Assembly (NCBI GenBank): GCA_041161565.1
Contig: JBEAUF010000156.1
Span: 9,916 to 73,915 of the forward strand
Reading direction: 5' to 3'
DNA: 64,000 nucleotides
From: Planctomycetota bacterium
Lineage (GTDB): Bacteria; Planctomycetota; Planctomycetia; Planctomycetales; Planctomycetaceae
Position 1 is the first letter of the stretch. Each line of letters opens with the position of its first letter. Position numbers and translations under genes: made by a program. The notes beneath the pieces are model-generated. The model was not told the DNA's origin. It searched no databases and was given only the letters and a program-made list of their open reading frames with translations. This document shows positions 40,947 to 50,400 of this stretch, piece after piece.

Positions 40947-42818
40947 ATGCGACTCTTGACAACACTGATTTCAGCGCCCCGCCCGGCCCTCTGGACCATA
41001 CTTTTCATCCCGCTCCTCCCCGTACTGCTCACCGCAGAGGAACCCGGCCGCGAACAAGTCCTCGCTCGTGTTAAGGGCGACATCGAGTATCTCGCATCCG
41101 ATGAACTCGAGGGGCGCGGTGTAGAAACCAAAGGCATCGAACTCGCCGCCGAATACATCCTCAGGGAATACCAGAAAGCAGGCCTCAAGCCCGGACTCCC
41201 GGACGGCACCTGGCGCCAACCCTTCGAAGTAGCCATGGGTGACCTCGTCGTTGAAGCATCTACCGCTGTGCGTCTCAAAGGTCCCGGTGATCTCACTCTC
41301 GACTTGAAAACCGGCGTGGATTTTCAGCCCATCCGACGCGGCGCCAACGGTGAAGCCTCAGGAGAATTGGTGTTCATCGGCTACGGCATCACCTCCACAG
41401 AAGATAACTATGACGACTACGCCGGCATCGATGTCAAAGGCAAGATTGTTGTACTCATTCGCCGCGAACCACAAAATCGCCCAGACGGAGCGTTCAAGGG
41501 TCAGGAAACCAGCACACATGCCTACATTGATCGCAAACTGGAACTTATCCGCCAGTCCGGTGCCGCCGCCGTTCTGTTTGTGAACGATCACGGCAGTGCT
41601 CCAACTGCCGACCAGGATGAACTGCTGGAACCCACTGCGTTTGGCAACAACGGTGACTCCGTGCCCTTCGCCCATGTCAGACAGGCCGCAATCGACAAAC
41701 TCCTGCAGGCAGCCCCACTGCAGGCCGACGGGAAATCCCTCGCCAGCCTCCACGATGTCAGCACGTACATCGACGAAACACTCAAACCCGTTTCACAACC
41801 CATCCCCGGCTGCTCTGCTATTGTAGCCACACGGTTCAAATCAAATTCCGTCACCGCCTTCAATCTCGTTGGAGTCGTCGAAGGCGAAGGACCACTAGCC
41901 GATGAAACCATCGTCATCGGCGGTCACTACGATCACCTCGGTTTTGGTGGCTATGGCTCGCGAACACAAAGCCGCACCGGTGAAGTTCACAACGGAGCAG
42001 ATGACAACGCATCCGGAACCGCCGCCGTACTCGAACTCGCTCGCCGCGTTGCAAATGGCCCCAGGCCCAAACGACGAATGGTCTTTATCTGTTTCTCCGG
42101 AGAAGAACGCGGCCTGCTGGGCAGTGCTCACTACGTCCAAAACCCCATCTATCCTCTCGAAAACACCATCGCTATGCTCAATTTTGACATGATCGGAAAC
42201 CTCAAGGACAACCGCGTCGAGGTCAACGGCGTTGGCTCAAGCGCCGCTTTTCCGGACATCGTGCAAAAGGCCGACGAAGCTGTCCCCATCGATATCACCG
42301 TCAACCCCAGTTCATTCGCCGGCAGCGACCATCTGCCGTTCTACCAAAAACAAATTCCCGTGATGTTCTGCTTCACCGGCATGACCGACATCTACCACAC
42401 CCCGGATGACGACTCCAAAACACTCAACATGGAAGGCGCCGTCCTCGTCATCGACTATTCCGAACAACTCCTCCGCGGCATGGATGCTCTTGAAACCCGA
42501 CCAACCTTCTCAGAAGGTCCAGCCCGCAGAACGCGCCCCTCACGCCGGACTCCCTTCCTCGGGCTCCAACCGGACCTCGGAGCATCAGGGGCCGACGGAA
42601 TCGTCGTTCGATCCGTGCGACCTGCCTCACCTGCTGCCGAAGCCGGAATCGCCGCTGGTGATGTGATCACCAAAGTTGCAGATCAGCAGGTCGAAGGCTA
42701 CCAGACTCTCGTCGAACAACTCGTGGCCGCCAAACCGGGAGATCTGATGAAACTCACCGTGAAACGAGGTGAGACAGTTTCAGAGATCGAAGTCAAACTC
42801 GGTGAACCACAGCGGTAA
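40947..42818 (+). CDS. M28 family metallopeptidase with PA and C-terminal PDZ domains
   Basis: The track ORF from 40722 is over-extended. The ATG at 40947 gives the signal peptide MRLLTTLISAPRPALWTILFIPLLPVLLTA. The metal and catalytic motifs are HYDHLG, GADDNASG, FSGEERGLLGS, NFDMIG and GSDHLPF. The C-terminus is PDZ-like (GIVVRSVRPASPAAEAGIAAGDVITKV). Confidence 0.88.
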   Translation: MRLLTTLISAPRPALWTILFIPLLPVLLTAEEPGREQVLARVKGDIEYLASDELEGRGVETKGIELAAEYILREYQKAGLKPGLPDGTWRQPFEVAMGDLVVEASTAVRLKGPGDLTLDLKTGVDFQPIRRGANGEASGELVFIGYGITSTEDNYDDYAGIDVKGKIVVLIRREPQNRPDGAFKGQETSTHAYIDRKLELIRQSGAAAVLFVNDHGSAPTADQDELLEPTAFGNNGDSVPFAHVRQAAIDKLLQAAPLQADGKSLASLHDVSTYIDETLKPVSQPIPGCSAIVATRFKSNSVTAFNLVGVVEGEGPLADETIVIGGHYDHLGFGGYGSRTQSRTGEVHNGADDNASGTAAVLELARRVANGPRPKRRMVFICFSGEERGLLGSAHYVQNPIYPLENTIAMLNFDMIGNLKDNRVEVNGVGSSAAFPDIVQKADEAVPIDITVNPSSFAGSDHLPFYQKQIPVMFCFTGMTDIYHTPDDDSKTLNMEGAVLVIDYSEQLLRGMDALETRPTFSEGPARRTRPSRRTPFLGLQPDLGASGADGIVVRSVRPASPAAEAGIAAGDVITKVADQQVEGYQTLVEQLVAAKPGDLMKLTVKRGETVSEIEVKLGEPQR

Positions 42819-42893
42819 CCCACCCGTCACCGCCTGCAGACGCCCCCGCCTGACTCCCTCTGACCCCTTCAATAACGACCCGCGGACCTCAGA

Positions 42894-43409
42894 ATGACCA
42901 CAGCCAACCCACTCGTCTCCGTTGTGATGGGAAGCCGTTCCGACTGGGAGACCATGGCTGAAGCATCCGCGGTACTGGAACACTTTTGTGTTCCCCACGA
43001 GTGCCTCGTTGTCTCCGCACATCGCACCCCTCACTGGATGTGCGAGTTTGCAGACGCTGCCGCTTCGCGAGGAATTCAGGTTGTGATTGCCGGAGCAGGG
43101 GGAGCCGCGCACCTGCCCGGCATGATCGCTTCCATGACCACCCTTCCCGTACTCGGCGTCCCCGTCCAAAGCAAGGCACTCAATGGCCTTGACTCGCTCC
43201 TCTCCATCGTCCAGATGCCTGGCGGCGTACCGGTCGGCACCCTTGCGATCGGACAGGCTGGCGCAAAAAACGCCGGCCTTCTCGCGGTACGAATTCTGGC
43301 ACTCCGGGATGCTCAACTCGCAGATAAGCTCAAAGCCTGGATGCAAAATCAAACGGATACGGTGCTCCGTAATCGCTCAATCACCCCTCCCACACCCGAA
43401 CCCCAATGA
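42894..43409 (+). CDS. purE: 5-(carboxyamino)imidazole ribonucleotide mutase
   Basis: 171 aa. [17 protein letters not shown] and [13 protein letters not shown] are class I PurE motifs. It is followed by purK. Confidence 0.95.
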   Translation: MTTANPLVSVVMGSRSDWETMAEASAVLEHFCVPHECLVVSAHRTPHWMCEFADAAASRGIQVVIAGAGGAAHLPGMIASMTTLPVLGVPVQSKALNGLDSLLSIVQMPGGVPVGTLAIGQAGAKNAGLLAVRILALRDAQLADKLKAWMQNQTDTVLRNRSITPPTPEPQ

Positions 43410-44596
43410 AGGTCTCCCGAACAGAGACTTCAGTTATGCTCACCAAACCCCGAACTCTACTGCCTGGCGCCACACTCGGAATGCTCGGCGGAGGCCAGCT
43501 CGGCCGAATGTTTGCACTTGCCGCACGCCCGTTCGGCTACCGCATCGCCATGTTCGGCGACCCAGCAGACTCACCATGTGGACAAGTCAGCGACTTCAGC
43601 ACTCCACAAAGCTTCAACAATTTCGATGCTCTCGAACAATTCGCCAAAACAGTTTCCGTGATCACCTACGAACAGGAAAACATCCCACTCGCCGCCGTTC
43701 AGTTCCTCGAAAATCTCGCTCCCGTATTTCCCAACTCGCAACTCCTCAAAGCTTCCCAAAATCGTCTGCTCGAAAAATCCGCCGTCCGCTCCATCGGTAT
43801 CCCAACCGCCGACTTTCTTGCCGTCGGCTCCCCCCCTGAACTCCAGACAGCGTTGAAGAAACTTGGCGGAGACGGCATCCTGAAAACCGTCACCATGGGA
43901 TATGACGGCAAAGGGCAAACACGAGTCCGCTCTGGAGATCACGTCGCAACCGCATGGCAGTCACTCGGCGTTACACAGGCAATCCTCGAAAAACGGATCG
44001 ATTTTGCCTTCGAAATGTCCATCGTTGGCGCAAGATTTGCTGATGGTACCTGCCAGTTCTTTGCTCCCACCGTCAACACTCACGTCAACCATATCCTCGA
44101 CGTCTCTGTCTGCCCTTCGCCACTCATCACACCAACACTCGCCGAACAGGCACGTCAAATCGCCCGAGCAATCCTTGAGCATTTCGATGTCATCGGAGTG
44201 CTGTGTGTCGAGTTCTTCGCAGTTTCTGAAAACCTCCTGCTCGTCAACGAAATTGCCCCACGCCCCCACAACAGCGGCCACTGGACTATCGAAGCCTGCC
44301 GCTCCAGCCAGTTCCAGCAGCAGTTCCGGGCTGTGGCCGGACTCCCATCCGGAGACACCAACGCGTTATCTGCAGCAGTCATGGTAAATCTTCTCGGCGA
44401 CCATCTGCTGCACCTCACCAGCGACCGCTGGAAAGCGGCCTGCGCAGTCCCCGACTCCACCATTCACCTCTACGGAAAAGCGGAAGCCCGACGTGGCCGA
44501 AAAATGGGCCATATCACGGCACTCGGCTCTGATCCACGTGAAGTCGAACAACGAGCACGCCACGTCCGACTGCTGCTCGGCTGCGAAACCAACTGA
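43406..44596 (+). CDS. purK: 5-(carboxyamino)imidazole ribonucleotide synthase
   Basis: ATP-grasp protein with [12 protein letters not shown] and [13 protein letters not shown]. It has an ATGA overlap with purE. An alternative ATG lies at 43436. Confidence 0.92.
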   Translation: MKVSRTETSVMLTKPRTLLPGATLGMLGGGQLGRMFALAARPFGYRIAMFGDPADSPCGQVSDFSTPQSFNNFDALEQFAKTVSVITYEQENIPLAAVQFLENLAPVFPNSQLLKASQNRLLEKSAVRSIGIPTADFLAVGSPPELQTALKKLGGDGILKTVTMGYDGKGQTRVRSGDHVATAWQSLGVTQAILEKRIDFAFEMSIVGARFADGTCQFFAPTVNTHVNHILDVSVCPSPLITPTLAEQARQIARAILEHFDVIGVLCVEFFAVSENLLLVNEIAPRPHNSGHWTIEACRSSQFQQQFRAVAGLPSGDTNALSAAVMVNLLGDHLLHLTSDRWKAACAVPDSTIHLYGKAEARRGRKMGHITALGSDPREVEQRARHVRLLLGCETN

Positions 44597-44618
44597 ACCT
44601 GCTGAGCACGAGCAAGCC

Positions 44619-45083
44619 TTACGGGCCCACTCGCCCCTTCCACCTGATTCCACGCAGAACAATCACCGCAAACGGCCACCACCAGATGATGTCATGAAGC
44701 GGAATCAGCCAAAGCACATTTGCTGATACCTGGCCCCTACCTACAGCCCAAACCATCCCCACAGGACCGAGAATCTTCGCCAGCAAGCCGACCAACACAA
44801 CAACATAATGGCGATAGGGGTCAAAGGCCGCCAGAGCATAACCCAGACCGTACAGCAGGATCACAAGCCCCATACCCTGCCACAGAAACTCGTCCTCAAC
44901 TGGTCTTGAAAACCCGTACGCTGCACCCGCAGCGACCGGCGCCAGAATGATAAATGGCCCCCAGATCAGGCACTGGCAGGCTGCTGCAAGCAAACAAACT
45001 CTCGCCCATCTCGGGCGACCCGACGGCGCAGTTCGCGCAAGAATCCCCATCGGTTCTGCTCCGCTTCGCCCCGGACCATGCAA
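44619..45083 (-). CDS. small integral membrane protein (hypothetical)
   Basis: 154-aa ORF (TTG 45083; an alternative ATG lies at 45050) with about four hydrophobic helices. It begins 4 nt after the stop of the upstream SDR gene. Confidence 0.6.
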   Translation of the reverse strand: MHGPGRSGAEPMGILARTAPSGRPRWARVCLLAAACQCLIWGPFIILAPVAAGAAYGFSRPVEDEFLWQGMGLVILLYGLGYALAAFDPYRHYVVVLVGLLAKILGPVGMVWAVGRGQVSANVLWLIPLHDIIWWWPFAVIVLRGIRWKGRVGP

Positions 45084-45087
45084 GCCG

Positions 45088-45987
45088 CTAGCTCAGTTCG
45101 TTCCGCAGACACGTCTGCAGATCTGCCTCAGTAAAGCTGAATCCTGCCCCCCTGAGCACTGCAGGGGTCACACGACTACTGGACAACAGCAGGTGATCTG
45201 CCATCTCGCCAAGCACGATCCGAGCCATGAAAGCTGGAAGCGGAAAAAGAGTGGGCCGCCGCAGCACAGCCCCAAGCGTCTTCGTGAAGTCGAAATTGGT
45301 CACCGTGTGCGGACTCACCAGGTTTACCGGCCCGGTCAACCCCGGGTTCTCAACACAAAATGCCAGAGCTCTCGCAAGGTCAGTCAAACCTATCCAACTC
45401 CAGTACTGGCGACCGTTACCCACTATCCCACCTGCACCCATTTTGAACGGCAGAAGCATCTTCTGGAGGGCACCGCCTTTTCCGGACAGCACCACCCCAA
45501 TTCGACCACAAACCACTCGCATCCCGAGATCCTTTGCGGCCAGAGCAGCCTGCTCCCAGTCTCGACAGACATCCGCAAGAAATCCTGTTCCCGACGGAGA
45601 CGTCTCGTCCAGAACCTCATCCCCGCGATTCCCGTAAAAACCGATCGCTGACGCGCACACAAAGGTCGCGGGGCGTTTCTCCAAAAATCGCAGGGAATCC
45701 ACGATACTCTTCGTGCCCAGCACACGACTGTCTCGGATTCGCTTCTTTACCGCGCTGTTCCATCGGGCCCCGGCAATATTCTCGCCGGCCAGATGCACGA
45801 TGGCATCAACAGAACTGAGTCTTTCCGGGTTTAAAAACCCACGAGCGGGATCCCAGAGAATGGCATTCGATTCAGACGAACGGCGACTGATAGGCACCAC
45901 CGTATGACCCGCTTCTCGCAGAACCGACACCAGTCGGGTACCAACAAGACCAGATGCTCCGGATACAGCGACCGTCTGTTTTGCCAC
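45088..45987 (-). CDS. TIGR01777/YfcH-type NAD-dependent epimerase/dehydratase family protein (SDR39U1-like, DUF1731)
   Basis: GTG 45987 has GGAG 9 nt upstream and gives (M)AKQTVAVSGASGLVGTRL, a Rossmann GxxGxxG N-terminus. The track TTG start at 46056 adds 23 implausible residues. Confidence 0.85.
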   Translation of the reverse strand: MAKQTVAVSGASGLVGTRLVSVLREAGHTVVPISRRSSESNAILWDPARGFLNPERLSSVDAIVHLAGENIAGARWNSAVKKRIRDSRVLGTKSIVDSLRFLEKRPATFVCASAIGFYGNRGDEVLDETSPSGTGFLADVCRDWEQAALAAKDLGMRVVCGRIGVVLSGKGGALQKMLLPFKMGAGGIVGNGRQYWSWIGLTDLARALAFCVENPGLTGPVNLVSPHTVTNFDFTKTLGAVLRRPTLFPLPAFMARIVLGEMADHLLLSSSRVTPAVLRGAGFSFTEADLQTCLRNELS

Positions 45988-46068
45988 AGTGAATGCTCCG
46001 CGAAAGCAGGTTGAATTTCGACTGAACGTTTTTAGGCTGCAGCCGAAAAAAGTCAACCCGGGTCAAAA

Positions 46069-47346
46069 TCACAGGTCAGTCCGCTGCAGGCCAGGCTCGT
46101 CAACTCGTCCAATTACCAGCGACACATTGTGACCACCGAAACCAAAGCTGTTGTTCACAGCATAACGGCAGGCTTTCTGCAAGGCGGCATTCGGAATGTA
46201 GTTGAGGTCACATTCAGGATCCGGAGTGTCGTAGTTGATTGTCGGAGGCAATATCCCGGAGGCCAGCGCGAGGGCACAGGCCGACATCTCAATCGCACAC
46301 GCAGCACCAATCATATGCCCAAGCATGCTCTTAATTGAACTCACCCGCAAATCCGCCGCCCGGGATCCGAACACCGACTTCAACGCCACTGTCTCCATTG
46401 CGTCGTTGTAATGGGTACTGGTCCCGTGAGCACTCACGTAGGTATCTCCCGCAATCTCATCCGGATTCAGCCCCGCCTTCTGCAACGCCTGCTGAATCGC
46501 ACGAACGGCCTGCTGCCCCTGCGGGTCGGGTTGCGTGAGGTGGAAAGAATCACTGGTGGAGCGCCCCGAGAGGACTTCGGCCCACGCTCGGCCACCACGC
46601 CGCCGCAAATGCTCCTCCGTCTCGAAGATCAAAATCGACGCCCCCTCGCTCATAATGAAGCCGCCACGGTCCGCATCAAATGGACGCATGGATTTCTTCG
46701 GCCTGTCATTGCAGGACTTGTTCATCGCCCGCATGTTGACAAATGACGAAATACCCAGACGCGTCAGGGACGCCTCTGTTCCGCCGGTGATCACAAAATC
46801 AGCATCGCCCCGACGAAGATACTCAAACGCGTCAATCATCGCATGCCCCGACGAAGAACACGCACTGCTCGTCGTGTACGCCGTACCGCGAATCCCGAAC
46901 GCCAGACTCACGTTTCCCGGAGGTGCATTTGGCATCAGCATCGGGATCGTAAACGGACTCACCCGAGAAGGGCCACGCGTCAGCAGCTTTTCATGCTGGG
47001 CTTCGTAGGTTTCCAGCCCCGCCAGACCAGCCCCCAGGATCACAGCAGCGTTGTCCCCGATATCACTGATCGGCAGCCCCGCGTCTTCCAGAGCCTCAAA
47101 CGTGGCATGCACCGCAAACTGAGAAGCACGGTCCATCTTCCTCGCCGAAACCCTGTCGTTCACGTTCACGCGTGATTCGTCCAGTTCCAGCACCTCACCA
47201 CCGATGTTCACCTCCATGTCGCGCGTGTCATGCACCTTCAGTGTGTCGATTCCGCACTGTCCTGAAATCAGGTTTTTCCAGAGTGTGCGGCGGTCATTTC
47301 CCAGACAGCTGACAGCGCCAATTCCAGTGATGAAGATCCGATTCAT
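46069..47346 (-). CDS. fabF: beta-ketoacyl-ACP synthase II
   Basis: The ATG at 47346 gives MNRIFITGIGAVSCLG. The Cys-His-His triad contexts are TSSACSSSGHA, SAHGTSTHYND and LGHMIGAACA. The track extension to 47634 overlaps the upstream gene. Confidence 0.92.
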   Translation of the reverse strand: MNRIFITGIGAVSCLGNDRRTLWKNLISGQCGIDTLKVHDTRDMEVNIGGEVLELDESRVNVNDRVSARKMDRASQFAVHATFEALEDAGLPISDIGDNAAVILGAGLAGLETYEAQHEKLLTRGPSRVSPFTIPMLMPNAPPGNVSLAFGIRGTAYTTSSACSSSGHAMIDAFEYLRRGDADFVITGGTEASLTRLGISSFVNMRAMNKSCNDRPKKSMRPFDADRGGFIMSEGASILIFETEEHLRRRGGRAWAEVLSGRSTSDSFHLTQPDPQGQQAVRAIQQALQKAGLNPDEIAGDTYVSAHGTSTHYNDAMETVALKSVFGSRAADLRVSSIKSMLGHMIGAACAIEMSACALALASGILPPTINYDTPDPECDLNYIPNAALQKACRYAVNNSFGFGGHNVSLVIGRVDEPGLQRTDL

Positions 47347-47491
47347 TCGAGCGGCCTGAATCCATGGGTAACGTTCGGGCCGAAATGTCCTGCGTCCAGC
47401 CCGCTGAAAACTCTGCGTAGTACAGCAAACTCCACAATCCCTGCAACCCTGCCGCACGGGATTCCAGGGGAAATGGGAAGACCTGCAGTAC

Positions 47492-50400
47492 TTATCGCCG
47501 AACCTCACGCATGCGAACCCGCGCACCACGCGGATAGTACTCCAGCAACTGCTCGTGCAGTACCCGCTCGCGCTCACGCCAGTCCGGAATTGACCAGTCA
47601 CGCACCGGATCACGCACAAACCACGGCGTCCCATCCGGATTCAAATACAGCTTCCTCTGCTCCGCCAGAGACAATGGCCCCGCCCCCACTCGACCAAAGA
47701 CCGCCAGCTGATTCCCCGCTTCGTCCACCGCCCGATCCCGGTCCACTCCCTCTGAAATGAAAAGTGCTTCTCCGCCCTTCGGAAACTTCCAGCTGGCAAT
47801 CAGCATCGGCTGCATCCGCGGACTGAAACCCGAATAGCCGGGCGTCTGAGGAGATGTGAGCTGCACCACATGTACGCCATTCCGTCCATCAGCCAGATAC
47901 GCAAACTGGCTGGTGTAGGTAATCCCGAGCTTCACATCCCGCAAATCACAGATCCTCCCCCCCGCGTTGTAAATCTGATCGACCCGCGGCGACTCCGGAT
48001 TCGAAACATCGACGATCACCAACCCCTCGCTGCCTCCTGAAATAAACGCCCACGTACGCGCCACATAGATGTTTCTCGCTTCTTCCAGAGGCATCATGGC
48101 AGCAAGCCGGGGAACTGTCGGATCGGTAACATCAAGCACCTTCAGACCATCTTCATCAACCACAAATCCGTATCGAAACTGAAACTCAACAGCACGCGGA
48201 TTTCTCACCACATCAGCACCAAGAATGCTGGCGATCACTGGTTTCTCCGGGTCCTCAATATCCACAACCACCAGACCCGCATGGCAGCAAATCCACGCGT
48301 AATGCCCGAAAATCGTGATCGATGTGGCTCCGTGAAGCACATTCCCCGGGTTGAAAACCACATCCTTTTTCAGGAAGTTGTTCAGCGGATCTCCATCAAG
48401 CAGCGTGCCGGCTCCAATCATCACCAGCCCCTCCTCGAAGTCCGTCGCATACAAATAACCATACATCTTTGCCACCGGCCGCTCGAAATTCTCCGGGCGA
48501 TGCGTCCGAGTCGGATCCGGAGCGATCGTGGTGGGAGAGGCAATATCCGTGGCGAATGGAGTCTTCACGTGAAAACGCTGCCCCGCCGGTGATACCGGAG
48601 CCGTCACAATCCTCTCCGAAAACCCCTTGTGCTCGATGAAAGCCACATCATACACGCGAATACCGCCATCACCGCACGCCGCGTAACAATACTCCCCGCG
48701 AACCTGCAGGCTCAACACCTGGTGCGGACGCCCCGGATTCAACAACTGACGACCGATGTCATGCCCCGGATGCTCATGCGCATGATGCAACTCTCGCCCA
48801 TGCTTCACATGCTCCTCATACCGCTGCGGATAGACGTCGTGGTGCATCGTGCTGCCAATCACAGTCTGCGGTTCATCCCGCTCAGTGACCGTCACAGCAA
48901 ATAATCCATGCTCACCCGCTGCAACCCATGCGTTGCGGCCGATAAAGTTCATGTAATTGGTCCCCTGCATCAGCAGTTGAGCGATCAGCGCGTTGTTGTC
49001 ATTCTCAGCTGACAAGTGACAGTCCGTGCAGGTCTTCGTCTCTCCCTTCCCACGCACCGTATGCGGCACATTCGTGCTGAAAGCGACACCGCTCAACCCC
49101 TCAGCCGATATCGTCTGCTGCTGGGTGTAGATCGTTTCCCGATTGAGATTGTACGACGTGACGTGAATGGCACAGGATGAACGCGAAGGCCCGATGCGGT
49201 TGCCCGTCACGTTCCCATCTCGCGCCAGCATGAAGACTTCATCGCGCAGCGTCTGAAAGTTATACGCCACGTGGTTGCGACTGATGTCACCTTCATTATG
49301 CAGAGACGGCGTTTTGCGCGCGGCCTTCTGCGGCAGGTGACATCCATAACAACTGGGATTCCACGATGTATGACAGGCGATGCAGGACATACCGCGATTC
49401 GAATGTGCAAAAGTCTCCGCATGCGGATCACCCCAATCGAAACCTCCAGTCTCTGAACGGCGGACTGTTTTTGCAAGCGCTGACGCAGCGTTGTAATCGG
49501 GATGCTCCGGATTCACCGTATCGGCAACCTGTGTGAGTTCCCAGCTCAGTGTCGGATCAACCATAGAGTTCTGAATGATACGCGGACCAATCCTCTCAAA
49601 CCGTCGCTTCCCAAACGGCGTCCGCATATCCGCCAGCTGACGTCCAATCGGATTGCCTTCGGCGTCCTCAGCAGCTGCCGGACCTGATGTGATCAACACC
49701 CTGCCAGCGTCCTTCGCATCCAAAGATCCATGGCAGTCAATGCACTGAATCTCGATCGCCGCCCGCACCTCACCATACAGCTTACCATTCCCATGCACAT
49801 CCTGTACAAAATGACAGTCAACACAATGCATCCCGCGCTCAAGATGAATATCAAGCATATGCACAGGTACATTGTCTTTTTCCGCCAGCAACCGCGCCTC
49901 CAGGTCCCGCACCTGCTGCAGAAGCTGCTCTTCAGGCTGCGTCCAGTCCACCTCCCGCTGCAACTGCTGAGCAATCTCAGGGATCCGCATCGCCTTCTGA
50001 CGCTGCTCGGAAGACGGCTGCGGAATAGGCTTGCCTGCATAGTCCACGGCAATACCCTGACGGTCCTTCCTGAACACAGCCTGAAACATCCAGCCGTGAC
50101 CATGAAAATCCGCAAACTGCGTGTGCTCCAACTGAGGATTCAACTCCGATGATCGCGCAAGAAACTCAGGATCGCTCCAGTTCCCCCGCGCCGTGGCTTC
50201 GTGTGGATCCGACATCGTCGCCTCCACAAACTCCTCCGAACTCGGATGCCGCTCTTCCCGTGGATACATCAGCCGCGCATCCGTCTCCATGTCCCACCAC
50301 ATGAAACCGAGGTAACTGTTCATCACAGTCGTTCCCGGATGAATGTGACAAACAATGCACTGACTCGTCGGTATCCCAACCGTAAACCGATGCGTCACTG

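Noticed and set aside
40016-41296. 426-aa minus-strand ORF
   Set aside because: It is antisense to the end of the MMPL gene and the start of the M28 peptidase gene, both of which have strong motif support. Its composition is Ser/Arg/Ala/Gly-rich and it spans an intergenic region.
42819-42893. Purine or ZTP riboswitch upstream of purE
   Set aside because: The spacer is only 75 nt. CCGCCTG occurs twice, but the ZTP pseudoknot partner (GGGTCGTGACTGGCG-like) and the purine-riboswitch three-way junction are absent.
27025-47346. OleABCD-type olefin or beta-lactone cluster (OleC-like ligase, OleD-like SDR, KAS)
   Set aside because: The ligase and the SDR/fabF genes are 17 kb apart and separated by unrelated genes. 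No OleA thiolase or OleB hydrolase is present. The KAS has the Cys-His-His triad of elongating FabF, not the OleA pattern.
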